The notes under the pieces: model-generated
What the model saw: the letters and a program-made list of their open reading frames with translations, nothing else
The model's database searches: none
Told to the model about the DNA's origin: nothing
Assembly (NCBI GenBank): GCA_030390025.1
Contig: CM059431.1
Span: 123,258,001 to 123,322,000, forward strand
DNA from: Squalus acanthias
Lineage: Eukaryota
Length of the DNA: 64,000 nt
Direction of reading: 5' to 3'
Program-made: the position numbers and the translations under genes
Shown: positions 1 to 12,699 of the stretch, piece after piece
How the letters are laid out: the number at the start of each line of letters is the position of its first letter
Position numbering within the stretch: the stretch's first letter is position 1

Positions 1-1795
1 AGGTGATATTTGGTTAAATTTGTAAGCTGCTCTATTTCACAGTAAGGTGAAAAGTAAAGAACAATCGGTATGATCAGTCACTTAGTTCACTCGGTACAAC
101 TTATATTCATATAATGATACAAGTTAAAGAAAACAAGACACGACCCCCATTTAATGGGTCATCATATTTTAACTTAAACAGAATAACCTCTCTGCTTTCT
201 GACTTAGAGTCCCAGGGTAGAACCACAGTCTCTTTGTGGCCTTTTGTTGCCTGACTATCTGTGTAGCCCTGCTTCCAAAAATGGTCTTTCTTGGTGTCTG
301 TGTTTAGCTTTATTCCTCACTGTTCAGTAAGGGAGAGATAAAAGTCCTCCCAACATAATGGGTTTGGGTAGAATTTTCACAGATGTTCTCCCTCCATAAT
401 GCCATGTCTCTGGGGTTTCCTCTGATCTTCTGACAAAGTTATGTGAGAGATTTGGAGCACCACACAGTAATTCTACTTTTTTATCTCTTACAGAGACAAG
501 TCATTGAATCATTTATTATTTGGCCTCTGGGAAAAACAACTTCCGATTAGTATATTAATCACATTCCATTGGACTTTGGATTCACAACCTAACATGAGGC
601 TGTCCTGAAAAATGAACCGCGTTAATGTAAGCTTTAACACAAAACACATTTTAAAATAATTCATATCTAGATCCATACTGTGGAAAAATGGCCGAAGAAT
701 CCTGGAACATGACAGTAGTGCTTTTCCTTTGAAGAGTGTAGCCCCAACAAATCACGAGTGTAGCTTTTTTTTTAATACACCTATCGAAATTTCCTGCATA
801 ATGTTCACATCATCTGAGTGTTGATTTCACTATTCTGCCATTCTGCTGTTTCTTATGACAAATGATCTACCAACTAGGACAGATCCCAGTGGAGTTTTGA
901 CATTATGTGTGCAGTGTCCTAGTTTTTGCCATGCTGGATTAGCTACTGTCTACCTCAAGAACATAATGATAGACACAATACAAAATCCATCATTACTCAT
1001 GTCCCCAGTGAGCAACTCCATTTTGACATCTTTTGAGTCTTGAAAGATACAAATCTTGGCAGAAATATAACAATTTGTAGACAATTAAGTAAAATTGCTA
1101 TCATTCAAGATTTTAATAACGGCATTGTTCCCGTAGGACTTGTGGGTAACACGACTAAATGACCACAAAACGCGAATGGAGTTTTAATATCAGGATTTAG
1201 ATGCTTTTTACAACCTATCAGTCGAGAAAATAACATGTTTTAACTTACCAAACTTTAGAATAAAAGAATAATAAAGTATTGTATTTTCTATTTAATGGAC
1301 GCTGTCAGTGCTATTATACATTACATAGTTAACACTTTCTCAAACGGCAATACATGCTCTTGGGAATTCAGAATAAAAAATAACATCCACCAGGGATGTA
1401 ATTTTTGATCTTTGACAAGCACAAGGAATGGAGCATGAAGTGTGAAAAATAGAAAATCCTTGTTCTCACAGTTGGAAATAAAAGCATGCTGGGTGCTGTG
1501 AACCAGTGTTTCTAATATGCCAAGTCCAGCTGCTGCACTTACATTCTCGTAATTTCCCTTTAGATAATGTTTACACATATTTTTACACAGCATGTTTTTT
1601 TTTCTTCGAACTTAATATGATGTGTATGTGAAAGAGTTTAAGGATGTAGAGCCAGAGATACTCTCACAACTATCAGAGGCTATTACTTTCTCCATTCCAC
1701 CTGAGTCGTAATATTAGTTAACCCATTCATTGAGTTATGTAACTATTTCAATGACATGTACAATAAAATGTATTCTGTTCAATTCACTAAATATG

Positions 1796-1946
1796 AACAG
1801 AAAATGCTGGAAACACTCAGCAGCATCTGTGGAGCGAGAAACAGAGTTAACGTTTCAGGTCTGTGACAGACCTGAGACAGATGCTGCTCGACCTGCTGAG
1901 TATTTCCAGAATTTTCTGTTTAGATTTCAGATTTCCAGCATTTTGC
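1796..1946. mobile_element. Fold-back (inverted) remnant of a Penelope-like element terminus
   Basis: Left arm AACAGAAAATGCTGGAAACACTCAGC (1796-1821) pairs with GCTGAGTATTTCCAGAATTTTCTGTT (1895-1920). Inner stem is CAGGTCTGT-G-ACAGACCTG. Sequence matches the PLE terminus at 2440-2570. Confidence 0.75.
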
Positions 1947-2433
1947 CTTTTGCATCAATTCACTTTATGCTAGGAAACAAGTAGTTTATAAAAGAGTCAT
2001 TTAGGCAGCACAGAATATTGACACAGACGCTTGGATAGGACTTATTGAAGGTGTTATCAGTTCCGAATTTTGTGCTTTAAATAAACTACTGTATATGGGG
2101 GCGATTTCCCCCGGATAATTTAGGCACTAAAGAGCCTGCGAGGTGGCCAAGGTGGGGGTCTTAAGCTGCAACGCCAGTTTAGCCCGCGTTTAGCACAAGA
2201 CGCCATCTTGTTAAAGGAGCTGAAGCCTGCGTTAGGAACGGCCGCCCGGAGGATCACTAAGGGGCTGATTGCCACTTAAAATGCCTGCTAGCGCTCACTA
2301 AGAAGGCTGCACAGCATTTTGGTGGCTAGCGTTTGTCCTAACACCCTCTCCGAACAGCAATTAGGTGTTTGTGAGTAAACACGGCATTGATGTAGATTTC
2401 AAGTGCTACTTAAAGGGATACTCACCATTTCAT

Positions 2434-3691
2434 ACGATAGCAAAATACTGCGGATGCTGGAAATCCGAAATAACAACAGAAAACGCTGGAAAAACTCAGC
2501 AGGCCAGGCAGCATCCATGGAGAGAGAAACAGAGTTAACGTTTCAGGTCGAAGACCTTTCGTCAGAACTGGAAAAAAGCAGGAAATGAAATAGATTTTAA
2601 AGCAAGTATAATGCTGGGAAAAGGGGGAGTGGATGAAAGAACAAAAGGGAAGGTCAGTGGGAGGATAGAAAGCAGGAGAGATTAAGAGACATTGAGAGAC
2701 ATTAAGAGATATTCAAGGCAAGAGGAGGTGGTAATGGGACAGGTTGAGGAACAAAGGATGGCTCTAGATGAAGTGTGAAATGTGCTGGCAGAATGAAGGT
2801 CAGCTGCCAGCTTCTGGGAGGGAAAAAAAAAGGCCAAACAAAAGGGTGGATAAAAAAAAAATGTATATATGTGATGCGGGCCGGGGTTATGATCTGAAAT
2901 TGTTGAACTCTATGTTGAGTCCAGAGGGCTGTAGAGTGCCTAAACGAAAGATGAGGTGCTGTTCCTCGAGCTTACGCTGAGCTTCCGTGGAACAATACAA
3001 GAGGCCGAAGACGGTGAGGTCAGAGTGGGAGTGAAGCGGAGAATTAAAGTGACAGGCCACCGGGAGCTCAGGGTCCCCCTTACGGACTGAACGGAGGTGT
3101 TCCGCAAAGCGGTCACCCAATCTGCGTTTGGTCTCCCCAATGTAGAGGAGACCACATCATGAGCAGCGAATACAGTATACTAAATTGCAGGAAGTACAAG
3201 TAAATCGCTGTTTCACCTGGAAGGGGTGATTGGGACCCTGGACAGTGGGAAGGGGGGAGGTATAAAGGCATGTGTTGCATCTCCTGCGCTTGCACGGGAA
3301 GGTGCCGGGCAAAGGAGAAGGGGTGCTGGGGGTGGTAGAGGAGTGGACTAGGGTGTCACGGAGGGAGCGGTCCCTGCGGAATGCTGAAAGGGGAGGTGAG
3401 GGGAATATGCGTTTGGTGCTGGATCACGCTGGAGGTGGCGGAAATGGCGGAGGATGATCCGTTGAATGTGGAGGCTGGTGGGGTGAAACGTGTGGACAAG
3501 GGGAACTCTATCATAGTTCCGGGAGGGAGGGGCAGGGGTGAGGGCAGAAGTGCAGGAGATAGAATGGACACGGTCAAGGGCCGGGTCAACCACAGTAGAG
3601 GGGAATCCTCGGTTGAGGAAAAAGGAAGACATGTCAGAAGCACTGGTATGGAAGGTGGCATCATCAGAGCAGATGCGGCGGAGACGGAGAA
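2434..3691 (-). mobile_element. Penelope-like retroelement, 5'-truncated (RT C-terminus, GIY-YIG endonuclease, terminal repeat)
   Basis: Minus-strand frames give FFLNRGFPS...RVPLVHTFHP...IQRIILRHF and GDRFAEHLRSVRKGDPELPVACHFN...EEQHLIFRLGTLQPSGLN, typical of PLE RT/GIY-YIG. Exact 14-bp TSD ACTCACCATTTCAT at 2420-2433 and 3692-3705. Confidence 0.9.
2533..2569 (-). ncRNA. Minimal type I hammerhead ribozyme motif in the PLE terminus
   Basis: Minus strand reads AGTT-CTGACGA-A-AGGTC-TTC-GACCT-GAAAC-GTT-AACT: CUGANGA and GAAA cores, 5-bp stem II, 4-bp stem I and palindromic AACGTT in place of stem III. Confidence 0.8.
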
Positions 3692-5568
3692 ACTCACCAT
3701 TTCATGTTCACTTGCTGCTGGAGCTGTGAAGAGGACCTCTGAAACACATCGGGAGACTTTTTGGGACACTTTGTCAAGACTTCACCAACACCCAAGCAAC
3801 ATTTTTCCTGAAAATTCTCCGAGGACTTCACCTACAAAAAGTAAGTGCTGTGCTACTCCACCTTATTGCAGTCACCAGGAGAAAGAGTGTGCTTGGTCAT
3901 CAGCATCTTGCTAGGGGTTCGCCTTGGATTGGAAGAGAAATGGGAGGAGGAGAGTAGCACCAGCTGCTGCAGGAGAGAGGGACAGGAGGGCGAGGAGGGT
4001 GAGGTGGCGTCCTTCCCCCCTGTGGGTACAGGACATCCCTCCTCCTCTGGACTTCCTCCACCAGGACCTCTAGTGCCACATCTGAGAACCTGTGCACCCT
4101 CTACCTCAGTCCCAGAACCATCCTGCAATGTGCCACTGGTGCCAGTCAGAGCACTCCACACCTTCAGTGGAAGTGGGTGCGAGGAGCCCACATATACTGC
4201 TCCACAAAACTTGCGTCTAATCAGTACCTGAGTGCTAAACCTGCAGATGTCTGATTTAGCAACTCCAAACAAGTTCAAATTATGGCAATCAGCAATTAGG
4301 ACCAAAATTGTGCTAAATCCAGACTTCCAAGCCCGGCATGTCTCAATAGAACAGCACCCATTTAGTGCCAGTTTTCACCCTTTGGCCAAAATAACCCCCA
4401 ATAGCTTCAGCGTGTTGTTAGATGAAAATAATGTTGAATTGTGACGCAATTCGGGAAAAGATAACGCATTACCATGTATGCAAGTTAAACTGTAAAGTGT
4501 CAAACAGTAAAGGTTCAGCTTCTTCAGAAGGCCAGCACTGTAATCAATAAAGATTTTCAATGTTTAATTCTACTCCTTTCATTTTTATTAATTATTGCCC
4601 TCCTTCTACAATACATGGATAATATTTCAACAGAGTCAATTCTCAAACAGTCCTTTAACAATGTCAACACTGACTGTGAGAGCCACATCAATATGGATCA
4701 AAGGCATTACAAAATAATTATTTTTGGTTTGTTGCTATGGCTGATGAAATTGCTATGATTTCGGCTGCAGATAGAGCAAGTACATTAATCCTAGGTCAAC
4801 TACAGACTTAAGAGTGTGGTTGTCAAAGATGAAGCATACTCTAAAGAGGAGAGTGCTTTCTGCTGTAAATATATATTGACTCCTGAAACTACAGGTTTAT
4901 TCTAGAGAGCTCTCTTTGGTGTAAATTTAATTGATCCTTTGTGTCCTCCAGAGTATATATTTAAAAGCAGATTCATTTTGAAAGCATTTGAGCCTTACAT
5001 AATATTTCAGTACCATTTAGAGGAGATTTAATTTATGTTTCCACATATCAAAGCGAAAGAAGCATCTTCTATTTGTGAGTCATGGAAACAGAGTCATGGG
5101 GGAAAATTTCGGTTGGTTTGCACCTCCCGTTAGTGCCCGGTGCGGCGATGTATGCGCCGCTCGCGAAATTAACTCGAGTTTTTGCGGCAGTGCAAAAGTT
5201 TACCGCCCCGATCTCCTGCGCTAGCAGATCGTGACATCAGTGAGCGTGCAACGCCCTGGTGGTGCCCCAGGACCGGATATTGAGTGGCGCCCCCCTCCTT
5301 TCTGCCTGGCACAAGCAAAGACAGGGAGACTGGAACGTTTCGCAGTCAGTGAGGGGCTGGGGGGGCGCTATTTAAAGGCGGCCTCTTCCTGGCTTTTTCT
5401 GTGGTAGACCTTTTTGCACCATTCATTCTGACAGAGAGAGAGATTCTGAGAGAGAGTTAGAGAGACTTCTGCATAGAGTCAATGCTGTGTGAAGTAGTTT
5501 TGGCTACTGAGCCTCACTTTGCAGGTACTTTTGGATTTGACCTTCATTACTTCGATTGCCAAGAGACT

Positions 5569-6702
5569 CTGGGGGCTGCACTGATTCGGGGTGTCATACT
5601 GCACCTGCAAAATCGGAGGCAACAGAGACGCAGAGAGAGAGTGGCAATCATGGCCAGACGGAGGAGGGCCAACAGGCCTCTGTACAGGAGACCTTACCCT
5701 CCCAGGGTATTCTGGGAACAATTCTCCTACATTAATTTGTCTGAGGAGCAGTGTTTGCACAGGCTGTGCTTCAGCAAGGAGGTGGTCACTGAGCTCTGCC
5801 ACCTGCTGCAGCCAGATTTGCAGCCTCAACTGAGGACCAGGACGTCTCTGTCGGTGGCAGTGAAGGTCACAGTGGCTCTGAATTTTTATGCCATCGGCTC
5901 CTTTTAAGCAGCTACTGGGGACATCGCCAATATCTCCCAGTTCGCGGTCCATTGCTGTATCCGTCAGGTCACAAATGCCCTCTATAAAAGGAGACGCCAG
6001 TACATCGCTTTCCCGATGACCCGGGCCAAACAGCATGAACGCGCATTGGGCTTTGCGAGGATAGCGGGCTTCCCCATGGTGCAGGGTGCCATTGACTGAA
6101 CGCATGTGGCAATGCGGGCACCGCATGAGAATGCAGAGGTTTTCCGAAACCGCAAGGGGTTCCACTCCTTAAACGTCCAGTTGGTCTGTAACCAGACAGC
6201 TGATACTCGCTGTCAATGCCCGCTATCCTGGCAGCAGCCACGATGCCTTCATCCTGTGCCAGAACTTTTCCAGGCACCGCATCAGCCAAGTGGTTGGCTC
6301 ATCGGGGACAAGGGTTATCCACTCTGCACCTGGCTAATGACACCGCTCCATAACCCCAACACCACTGCTGAGCTGCAGTACAATGAGAGCCATCTCACCA
6401 CCAGGAACATCGTTGAGCACACAATCGCCGTGCTCAAGCAACGGTTCCGCTGTCTGGACCACACAGGAGGAGCCCTGCAGTACTCTCCTGAGCGAGTCTC
6501 CCTCTTCATATTTGTGTGCTGCAGTCTTCATAACCTTGCAATCCTCAGGACCCAGCCAATGCCACCAGGCCTTGGAGCACCACCGGAGGAGGAGGAGGAA
6601 GAGGAGGAGGATCATCAGCAGCAGCACCAAGGCGGGAGGGGGGTCCACAATGTTGAAACTTCAAGGGCCGTCCGTCAACGGCTGATAGCAAGCCGCTTCT
6701 AG
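5569..6702 (+). pseudogene. HARBI1-like DDE transposase of H1 (disrupted)
   Basis: Motifs [72 protein letters not shown] and an acidic tail. Start codon appears as CTG (ATG in sister copies). Stops at 5905 and 6097 plus frameshifts. Confidence 0.9.
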
Positions 6703-6945
6703 GCCCCTACTGAGGAAATGGCTTCTGGCATGGAGAACAACATGAATGAAAGCAACCGGCAACCCCAAAGCCGGCCAAGGCAGCAATGATTCCCAAGGCC
6801 AAACCTGTACATTTTGAATACAAAACTTTTTTATTTTACAAACTCTGTGTGTATCATTTCATCATGACAAACTAATAGAAACAAACACAACAAATCATTA
6901 ATTAACATAACTGATTCTCACAACCTGGAGATAATGTCCAAAACA

Positions 6946-8765
6946 CTAAACAAAAGTTCGAACACGAACCTCGGCCTTTAATAAAAAAATTCCCAACATT
7001 TCGTCACACCTCCTATTTTTGCCCTTCGAGGGTGATCTCCTTCCCTTGTACACTTCCCCCCTTCCCACCCTACTGCTCCTCCGGAATGGGTCCCCAGTGG
7101 CTGCAGCAAGGCTGGTGGAAGGCTGCTGATTGTCAGAACCTGAGACTGCAGATGCCCTTGAAGGACGGCCTTGACCAGCTCTGGGCCTGGAGGGCCCGGC
7201 TGCAGACTGCACCAACTCTGCATGGGCGACAGCAGTCTGGGCTACAGGTGGTGGCAAGTGCAATGGGAAAGTGACAGTGGTGGCAGCAGGAATGCTGTCA
7301 TCTTGAGAGAGGACAGCAACTCCCTGCTCGACCGACACACTGGCACTCCCACGGGGCAGCACTTCAGCATCTGGTGCAATCTGCTGGAGCACAGATTGCT
7401 GACCTGCTGCGGCGCGGTGAGAGCCCTGGGGAAATGTGTCCGAACCAGCGAGGATGGCAGCAGTTAGTGCTTGCGTGGCCTCAATCTGAGTCTGCATGAG
7501 ACCAGTCTGAGATTGGATTACGGCAACCAGTGACTGAATTGCAGCACTAAGCATTTGCGTGGCATCCGCCTGTGCTACAGCGTAGTGCTCCACACTCCTT
7601 GCCAGTGCATTAATGCATTCGGGCACCCTTCCCGCTGCACCCATGAGCTCAGTGTGCATGTCCACCACCTGGGTGTTCATTTCAGCGATGTGTCGCTCCT
7701 CCTCTCCGTCCAGTGCAGCAGGACTCACTGGCCTACTCTCCCTTCGGGGAGAAGGCCCCCGAGCTTCCCTAGCCACATCGCGTTGCTGCAGCCCACTAGG
7801 TCCCGGAGCTTCACCCTCATCAGACCCTTCACCCCTGCTCCCCTCCAGGGACGACGTGGTCCCAGTGTGGGCATGGGCTTCCTCGGGAGAGGGTGGCGCT
7901 GATGCTCCGGCTTCCTCTTCCTCCTCTCCTGCGGCTTCCCTCCCACTGGCAACTTGAGGGCCCGTCTCCTCAGCTGGTGAATCACCATCTGAAAGCAGGG
8001 AGGTACAAGAGTGGCTTTAGCGTGAGGTCAGGGGGGCAGTAAGGGAGGAAGGAGAGGAGCGATTTAGTAAGTTGGATTGAAAGTGTCAAAGGCTGGTGTT
8101 GTGAGGGACAAGTGGAATGAGAGAGGGGAAAAAGGTGATGACCTTACCATTGCTGTCCCGAACAGGATCGACCTCTCCAGGGACGACGGGTCCAATCACC
8201 TGGCTTGCCACAATCCTGTGGTCGCGCGCCTCAAGATCGCTGAGGGGTTGCAGCTGAGGCCGCCCTCCACCCGTCCATTGCTGCTGTCTCCTGTTATGAG
8301 AAAGCTTGGCCTGCAACAAAAAAGGACAGCGTCTGAGTAAATATACAACCATGGTCTTTACTGATGTGCCTCCCATAGTTGAATAGCTCTCACTGTATGC
8401 AAGGTGTGGAATGTGCATGCGTGTTCCATGAGAGGGCCATAGGTGTTGCATGAGTGTTGGGCATTGTGGTTTTAAGACCCTCTGGCCATAGAGTGATCTT
8501 GAAATGGAAGGATGGAGAGGTATTGAAAAAAAGCCACCCACCCTGACGACCCGAGTGAGGTCGTTGAACTTTTTGCGACATTGAGTATGGGTCCTGGGCA
8601 CCATGCTCCTGGAGGAGACGTGCTGAGCCACCTCCCTCCACACTCTTCTGTAGTCGCGCGGCAAAGGCCTCCTGCCACTATAGATCTTCTGCGCTCCACC
8701 GCGCCAACCAGAGCCTCCAAGGCCTGCTCGCTGAAGCGCTGAGCTCGTTCTCTCACCCTCTCCAT
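6946..8765 (-). pseudogene. Three-exon Myb/SANT (trihelix) plus coiled-coil gene of H1; exons 8765-8542, 8310-8148, 7988-6946
   Basis: Exon 1 reads MERVRERAQRFSEQALEALV...W.EVAQHV...QCRKKFNDL. Introns are GT-AG. Exon 2 is 163 nt and exon 3 is fully open and in phase. One frameshifting deletion near 8665. Confidence 0.85.
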
Positions 8766-9759
8766 AGTCCTTGACTGGAAAATGTAGTCACAGGTCTCTC
8801 CAAGCTGAGATTCAAGGCTCCAATGAGCAGGGTGTGGCTGGAGAGCAAGATCGACCCTCCCCTTTAAAAACTGGCCGGCACCAGTGTGTCTGTGTTCCAT
8901 CGCTAACTGACATCAACAGCGCTGCGCCCGCGCTCTGAGTTAGCGCCTCGCTCCTCGGCCTTTGCGCCTTAAGACAGGTGTGCAGCGCCTGATTTAGCGC
9001 TCCAATCACCTCCAGGGGCGATAAAAGCCAAGTTTGCAGTCGGAGGCGATAGTTAGTGCCAGGCGCTAAACTTTGCGCCCGGCCGATAATTGGGCCCCAA
9101 ACGGGGCGATACTGAATTTCTCCCCCATAGTCTATTTTAAGCAGATTTTGATGGCAATTAAAGGTTCTCACAGAAATACTTTTTTTTTAGGTTTTAAAAA
9201 TGTTTCTTTACGACAAATGAAATATAATTATTTAAATTTTGGAAAATGTTATGTTTAAAAACAATTACTTTGAAATGTATGCTTTTCATGACTAACTTCG
9301 AGTGCTATCCTGCTTGTATTGTATGTTTAACAGATAAATAAAATTCAAGACTGTGAGACATTTTTATGCAAAGTGAGAAGCTTATCGCTCTTCATAAGGA
9401 AATTGTGAGTTGTGAGTACACACTTCTGTCTGCAGAAAGGCATTGGAAGTCAAAGATGACCAATAAAGAATATTTCAAAATCTCCATATGAGGTGTCCTT
9501 ATATGTAGCTACATGCTTTAACTTTAATACACCCTCTATATTTTGTATATTTCAGTTTAAGTGCCCATAAGATTAAGGTTATTTGTCAAGTTAACAGCCT
9601 TTTCCAATTCCCACAATCCACTGGAGGAGTCTTGTACGTCACCAGTGAACATAGACGCGCAGTGCCTAAAATTACCCAATTTCTTTGGAGCAAAAGTGGA
9701 GTAGTTTCAACATCGGGGGCTGGAATTTGGGGAATAAATCAGGTATGCCAGATATACAC

Positions 9760-11425
9760 ACGGAAACTAGCAAGAAATATAAACACAGATTGTAAGAGCT
9801 TCTACAAGTATGTAAAAAAGGAAGAGAGTAGTAAAAGTAAGCATTGATCGCTTAGAGGCTGAGACCCGAGAGATTGTAAACAAATATTTTGTATCTGTCT
9901 TCAGAGTAGAATACATAAAGCACACCACAAATAGTGGGGAAGCTTAATAAAAGTGAGGAACTTAAAGCTAATATCAGGAGAGAAAAATTACCTGATAAAT
10001 GAATGGGACTAAAAGCCGACAAATCCCCTGGACCTGCTGGCCTACACCCTAGGGTTTTAAAAGAGGTAGCTGCAAAGATAGTGGATGCGTTGGTTGTGAT
10101 CTTCCAAAATTCCCTATTCTGTAATCCCGCTATTCAAGAAAGGAGGGAGAGAGAAAACAACGAACTACAGGCCAGTTAGCCTGACATCAGTTGTCAGGAA
10201 AATGCTGGAATTGATTATTAAGGAAGTGGTAACAGGGCAGTTAGAAAATCATAATTTGATTAGGCAGAATCAACATGGGGGGTGATTTTCTCAATGGGGA
10301 GCTTTTGGAGGCAGGACTCCCACTTGTCGGGTTTCAGTCCCACCTCCATCAACTTCTGGCCAACCCACGCTATTTTCCCTTGATTGACCTTGTTAAGCCC
10401 GCCCAGCAGGCTTAGCAGGCCAATTAAGGGAACGCAGGTTGCAGAGAATGTCAATGTATGACGTTTCATCTGTCAGAAATGTTTGACAGATGAATTGTCA
10501 TCGTTTGACAGCTCTCTACATACTCTTGAATTCAAGACCTCATCAAACTTCTTTCTTTTACAGAAATGAGATGGTTGTTGCATCTGAGAATGCAACGGCC
10601 ATCTGTCATCTCCAACACGGAGGTCCGAGACTCTCTGCATACACATCGACTGAAGCCTGCAGGGAGAAACAAAGATAAGTACACGTTTACTAACACTTTG
10701 CACTTACCTCAGATACTCACCTCTCCACTCTTGCACCCATCACTTACCTTCACAGCACACTTTTGCACCCCCCCGACCCCCACAGACCCAGTACTCGCTT
10801 CGCTGACCTGACGGGTTTTGGAGCCTTCGGGAAGCCCGCACTTGTGAGGGCAAAAAGGGGATAATCCTATTTTCTGCCTGTTAACTACCTGTTAACAGGT
10901 AGTTAATAGGCTTTAATCCCTTCCCGCCTCCAAGGAGATGGGACCTGGCGCGGGACGGCTACCCGCCTCTTGGCAAGATGGCATGGAGGCGGGTTGGGCA
11001 CCCACCCCCAAATTCTGCCATTTTTCCGGCAGTCCCACCTCTATACCAGCCTCTCCAGGGCTGGCAAAATCGCCCCCATGGTTTTATGAAAGGGAAATCG
11101 TGTTTAACAAATTTATTAGAGTTTTTAGAGGATGTAACTAGCAGGGTAGATAAAGGGAAACCAGTGGATGTGGTATATTTGGATTTCCAAAAGGCACTCG
11201 ATAAAGTGCCATATAAAAGATTGTTACACAAGATAAGGACTCATGGGGTTGGGGTAAATATATTTGCATGGCTAGAGGATTGGGTAACGGCCAGAAAACA
11301 GAGAGTAGGGATAATTGGGTCATTTTCAGGTTGGCAGGCTGTAACTAGTGGGGAGCCGCAAGAATCAGTGCTTGGGCCTCAGCTATTTACAATTCATATT
11401 AATGACTTAGATGAAGAGACCGAGT
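9760..11425 (+). mobile_element. CR1 LINE ORF2 fragment, split by a MITE
   Basis: Motifs KSPGP, NYRPVSLTS, HGFMKGKSCLTNLLEF, VDVVYLDFQKA and PQ.SVLGPQLF. Sequence resumes exactly across the MITE. Confidence 0.88.
10278..11077. mobile_element. Harbinger-type MITE (800 bp)
   Basis: TIRs GGGGGTGATTTT / AAAATCGCCCCC. TSD ATG; removing the element restores the CR1 sequence caacATGgtttt. Contains a perfect 26-bp palindrome at 10881-10906. Confidence 0.88.
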
Positions 11426-12180
11426 CTTGAGCCAGAAGTGCCAAGTGAATGATCCATCTCGGCCTTCTCCTTAGGTCCCCACCATCACAGAAGCCAGCCT
11501 TCTGCCAAAAGGATATCAATAAACGGCTGAACGCACTGGATACAGCAAAGGCTATGGGCCCCGACAACATCCCAGCTGTCGTGCCCCAGAACTAGCTGCG
11601 TCCCTCGCCAAGTTGTTCCAGTATCGATATAACACTGGTATCTACCCGACAAAGTGGAAAATTGCCCAGATATGTTCTCTCCACAAAAAGCAGGACAAAT
11701 CCAATCTGGCCAATTACCACCCCATCAGTCTACTCTCAATCATCAGCAAAGTGATGGAAGGTGTCATCGACAGTGCTGTCAAGCGGCACTTACTCACCAA
11801 TAACCTGCTCACCGATGCTCATTTTGGGTTCCACTAGGACCACTCGGCTCCAGACCTCATTACAGCCTTGGTCCAGACATGGATAAAAGAGCTGAATTCC
11901 AGAGGTGAGGTGAGAGTGACTGCCCTTGACATCAAGGCAGCATTTAACCGAGTGTGGCATCAAAAAGCCCTAGTAAAATTGAAGTCAAGGGGAATCAGGG
12001 GGAAAACTCTCCACTTGCTGGAGTCATACCTAGCACAAAGGAAGATGGTTGTGGTGGTTGAAGGTCAATCATCTCAGCCCCAGGACATCGCTGCAGGAGT
12101 TCCTCAGGGCAATGTCCTAGGCCCAACCATCTTCAGCTGCTTCATCAATGACCTTCCCTCCACCATAAGGTCAGAAGTGG
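11426..12180 (+). mobile_element. RT fragment of the second CR1-group LINE family (same family as 58659-60452)
   Basis: Near-identical to 60105-60452. Motifs ANYHPISLLSIISKVME, ALDIKAAF and GVPQGNVLGP. Confidence 0.88.
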
Positions 12181-12699
12181 TTTTTTTTGGTGGCTCCAGC
12201 GACTGTCGGAAACATGTGCAGGCCACATTTCAATATGGAAATGAAGGTACTACACCTGTTTCAGGATGCAACATTGAAATTTGTCTGCCTGGACAAAAGG
12301 CCTCAGCATTACCTTATTTAAAAGCAGCCTAACTCACGGTGCTTAAAAAGAGGCCGCCAGCAAAAGGTCAATGATTTTTCCATCTTACCTTGTTGTGGAG
12401 TCAGGAGCAGCAGGCTCCACTGTAGCTGCTGCCTGTCTGTGCTAGTCCCCTCTCTCGTTCTCTCCCCCATCCCTCCAGACTTACCTGAGGGCCGCTGCTG
12501 ATGAGGCAAATGCCCAAATTCCATCCAGTCATAAGGGCAATCTGCCTCTGAAGGTGTGGCAGGCACTGGCAGCTCGCAATGACTACTACAATTAGTCCCA
12601 CGGACCGATTTAAGATGGTTCTGGGGCCATCAGGTTCGGGCATGTGCTGGTACAGTGCCTTCAGTTATGCGCCAGAAAACGGGCCATAATGAATTCAGC

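Larger units (their letters stand above)
2097..4399. mobile_element. Harbinger internal-deletion derivative, interrupted by a Penelope-like element
   Basis: Ends GGGGGCGATTT (2097) and AAAATAACCCCC (4399). Retains the Myb N-terminus on the minus strand (3900-4097, HRFSDVALEVLVEEVQRRRDVLYP) abutting a transposase-like 5' end on the plus strand (~3912-4007). TSD is imperfect (TAT/AAT). Confidence 0.65.
5098..9125. mobile_element. PIF/Harbinger DNA transposon, full length (element H1)
   Basis: TIRs GGGGGAAAATTTCGGT and ACTGAATTTCTCCCC. Probable TSD CAT (right end could be 9126). Convergent transposase and Myb genes. Subterminal TAGCGCC/GGCGATA repeats. Confidence 0.92.

Noticed and set aside
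21..355. LTR-like segment starting TGTAAG
   Set aside because: No matching TSD or intact poly(A) signal found.
5479..6165. Long antisense ORFs here and at 27930-28487, 44630-45223 and 49948-50514
   Set aside because: They are shadow frames of GC-rich transposon genes.
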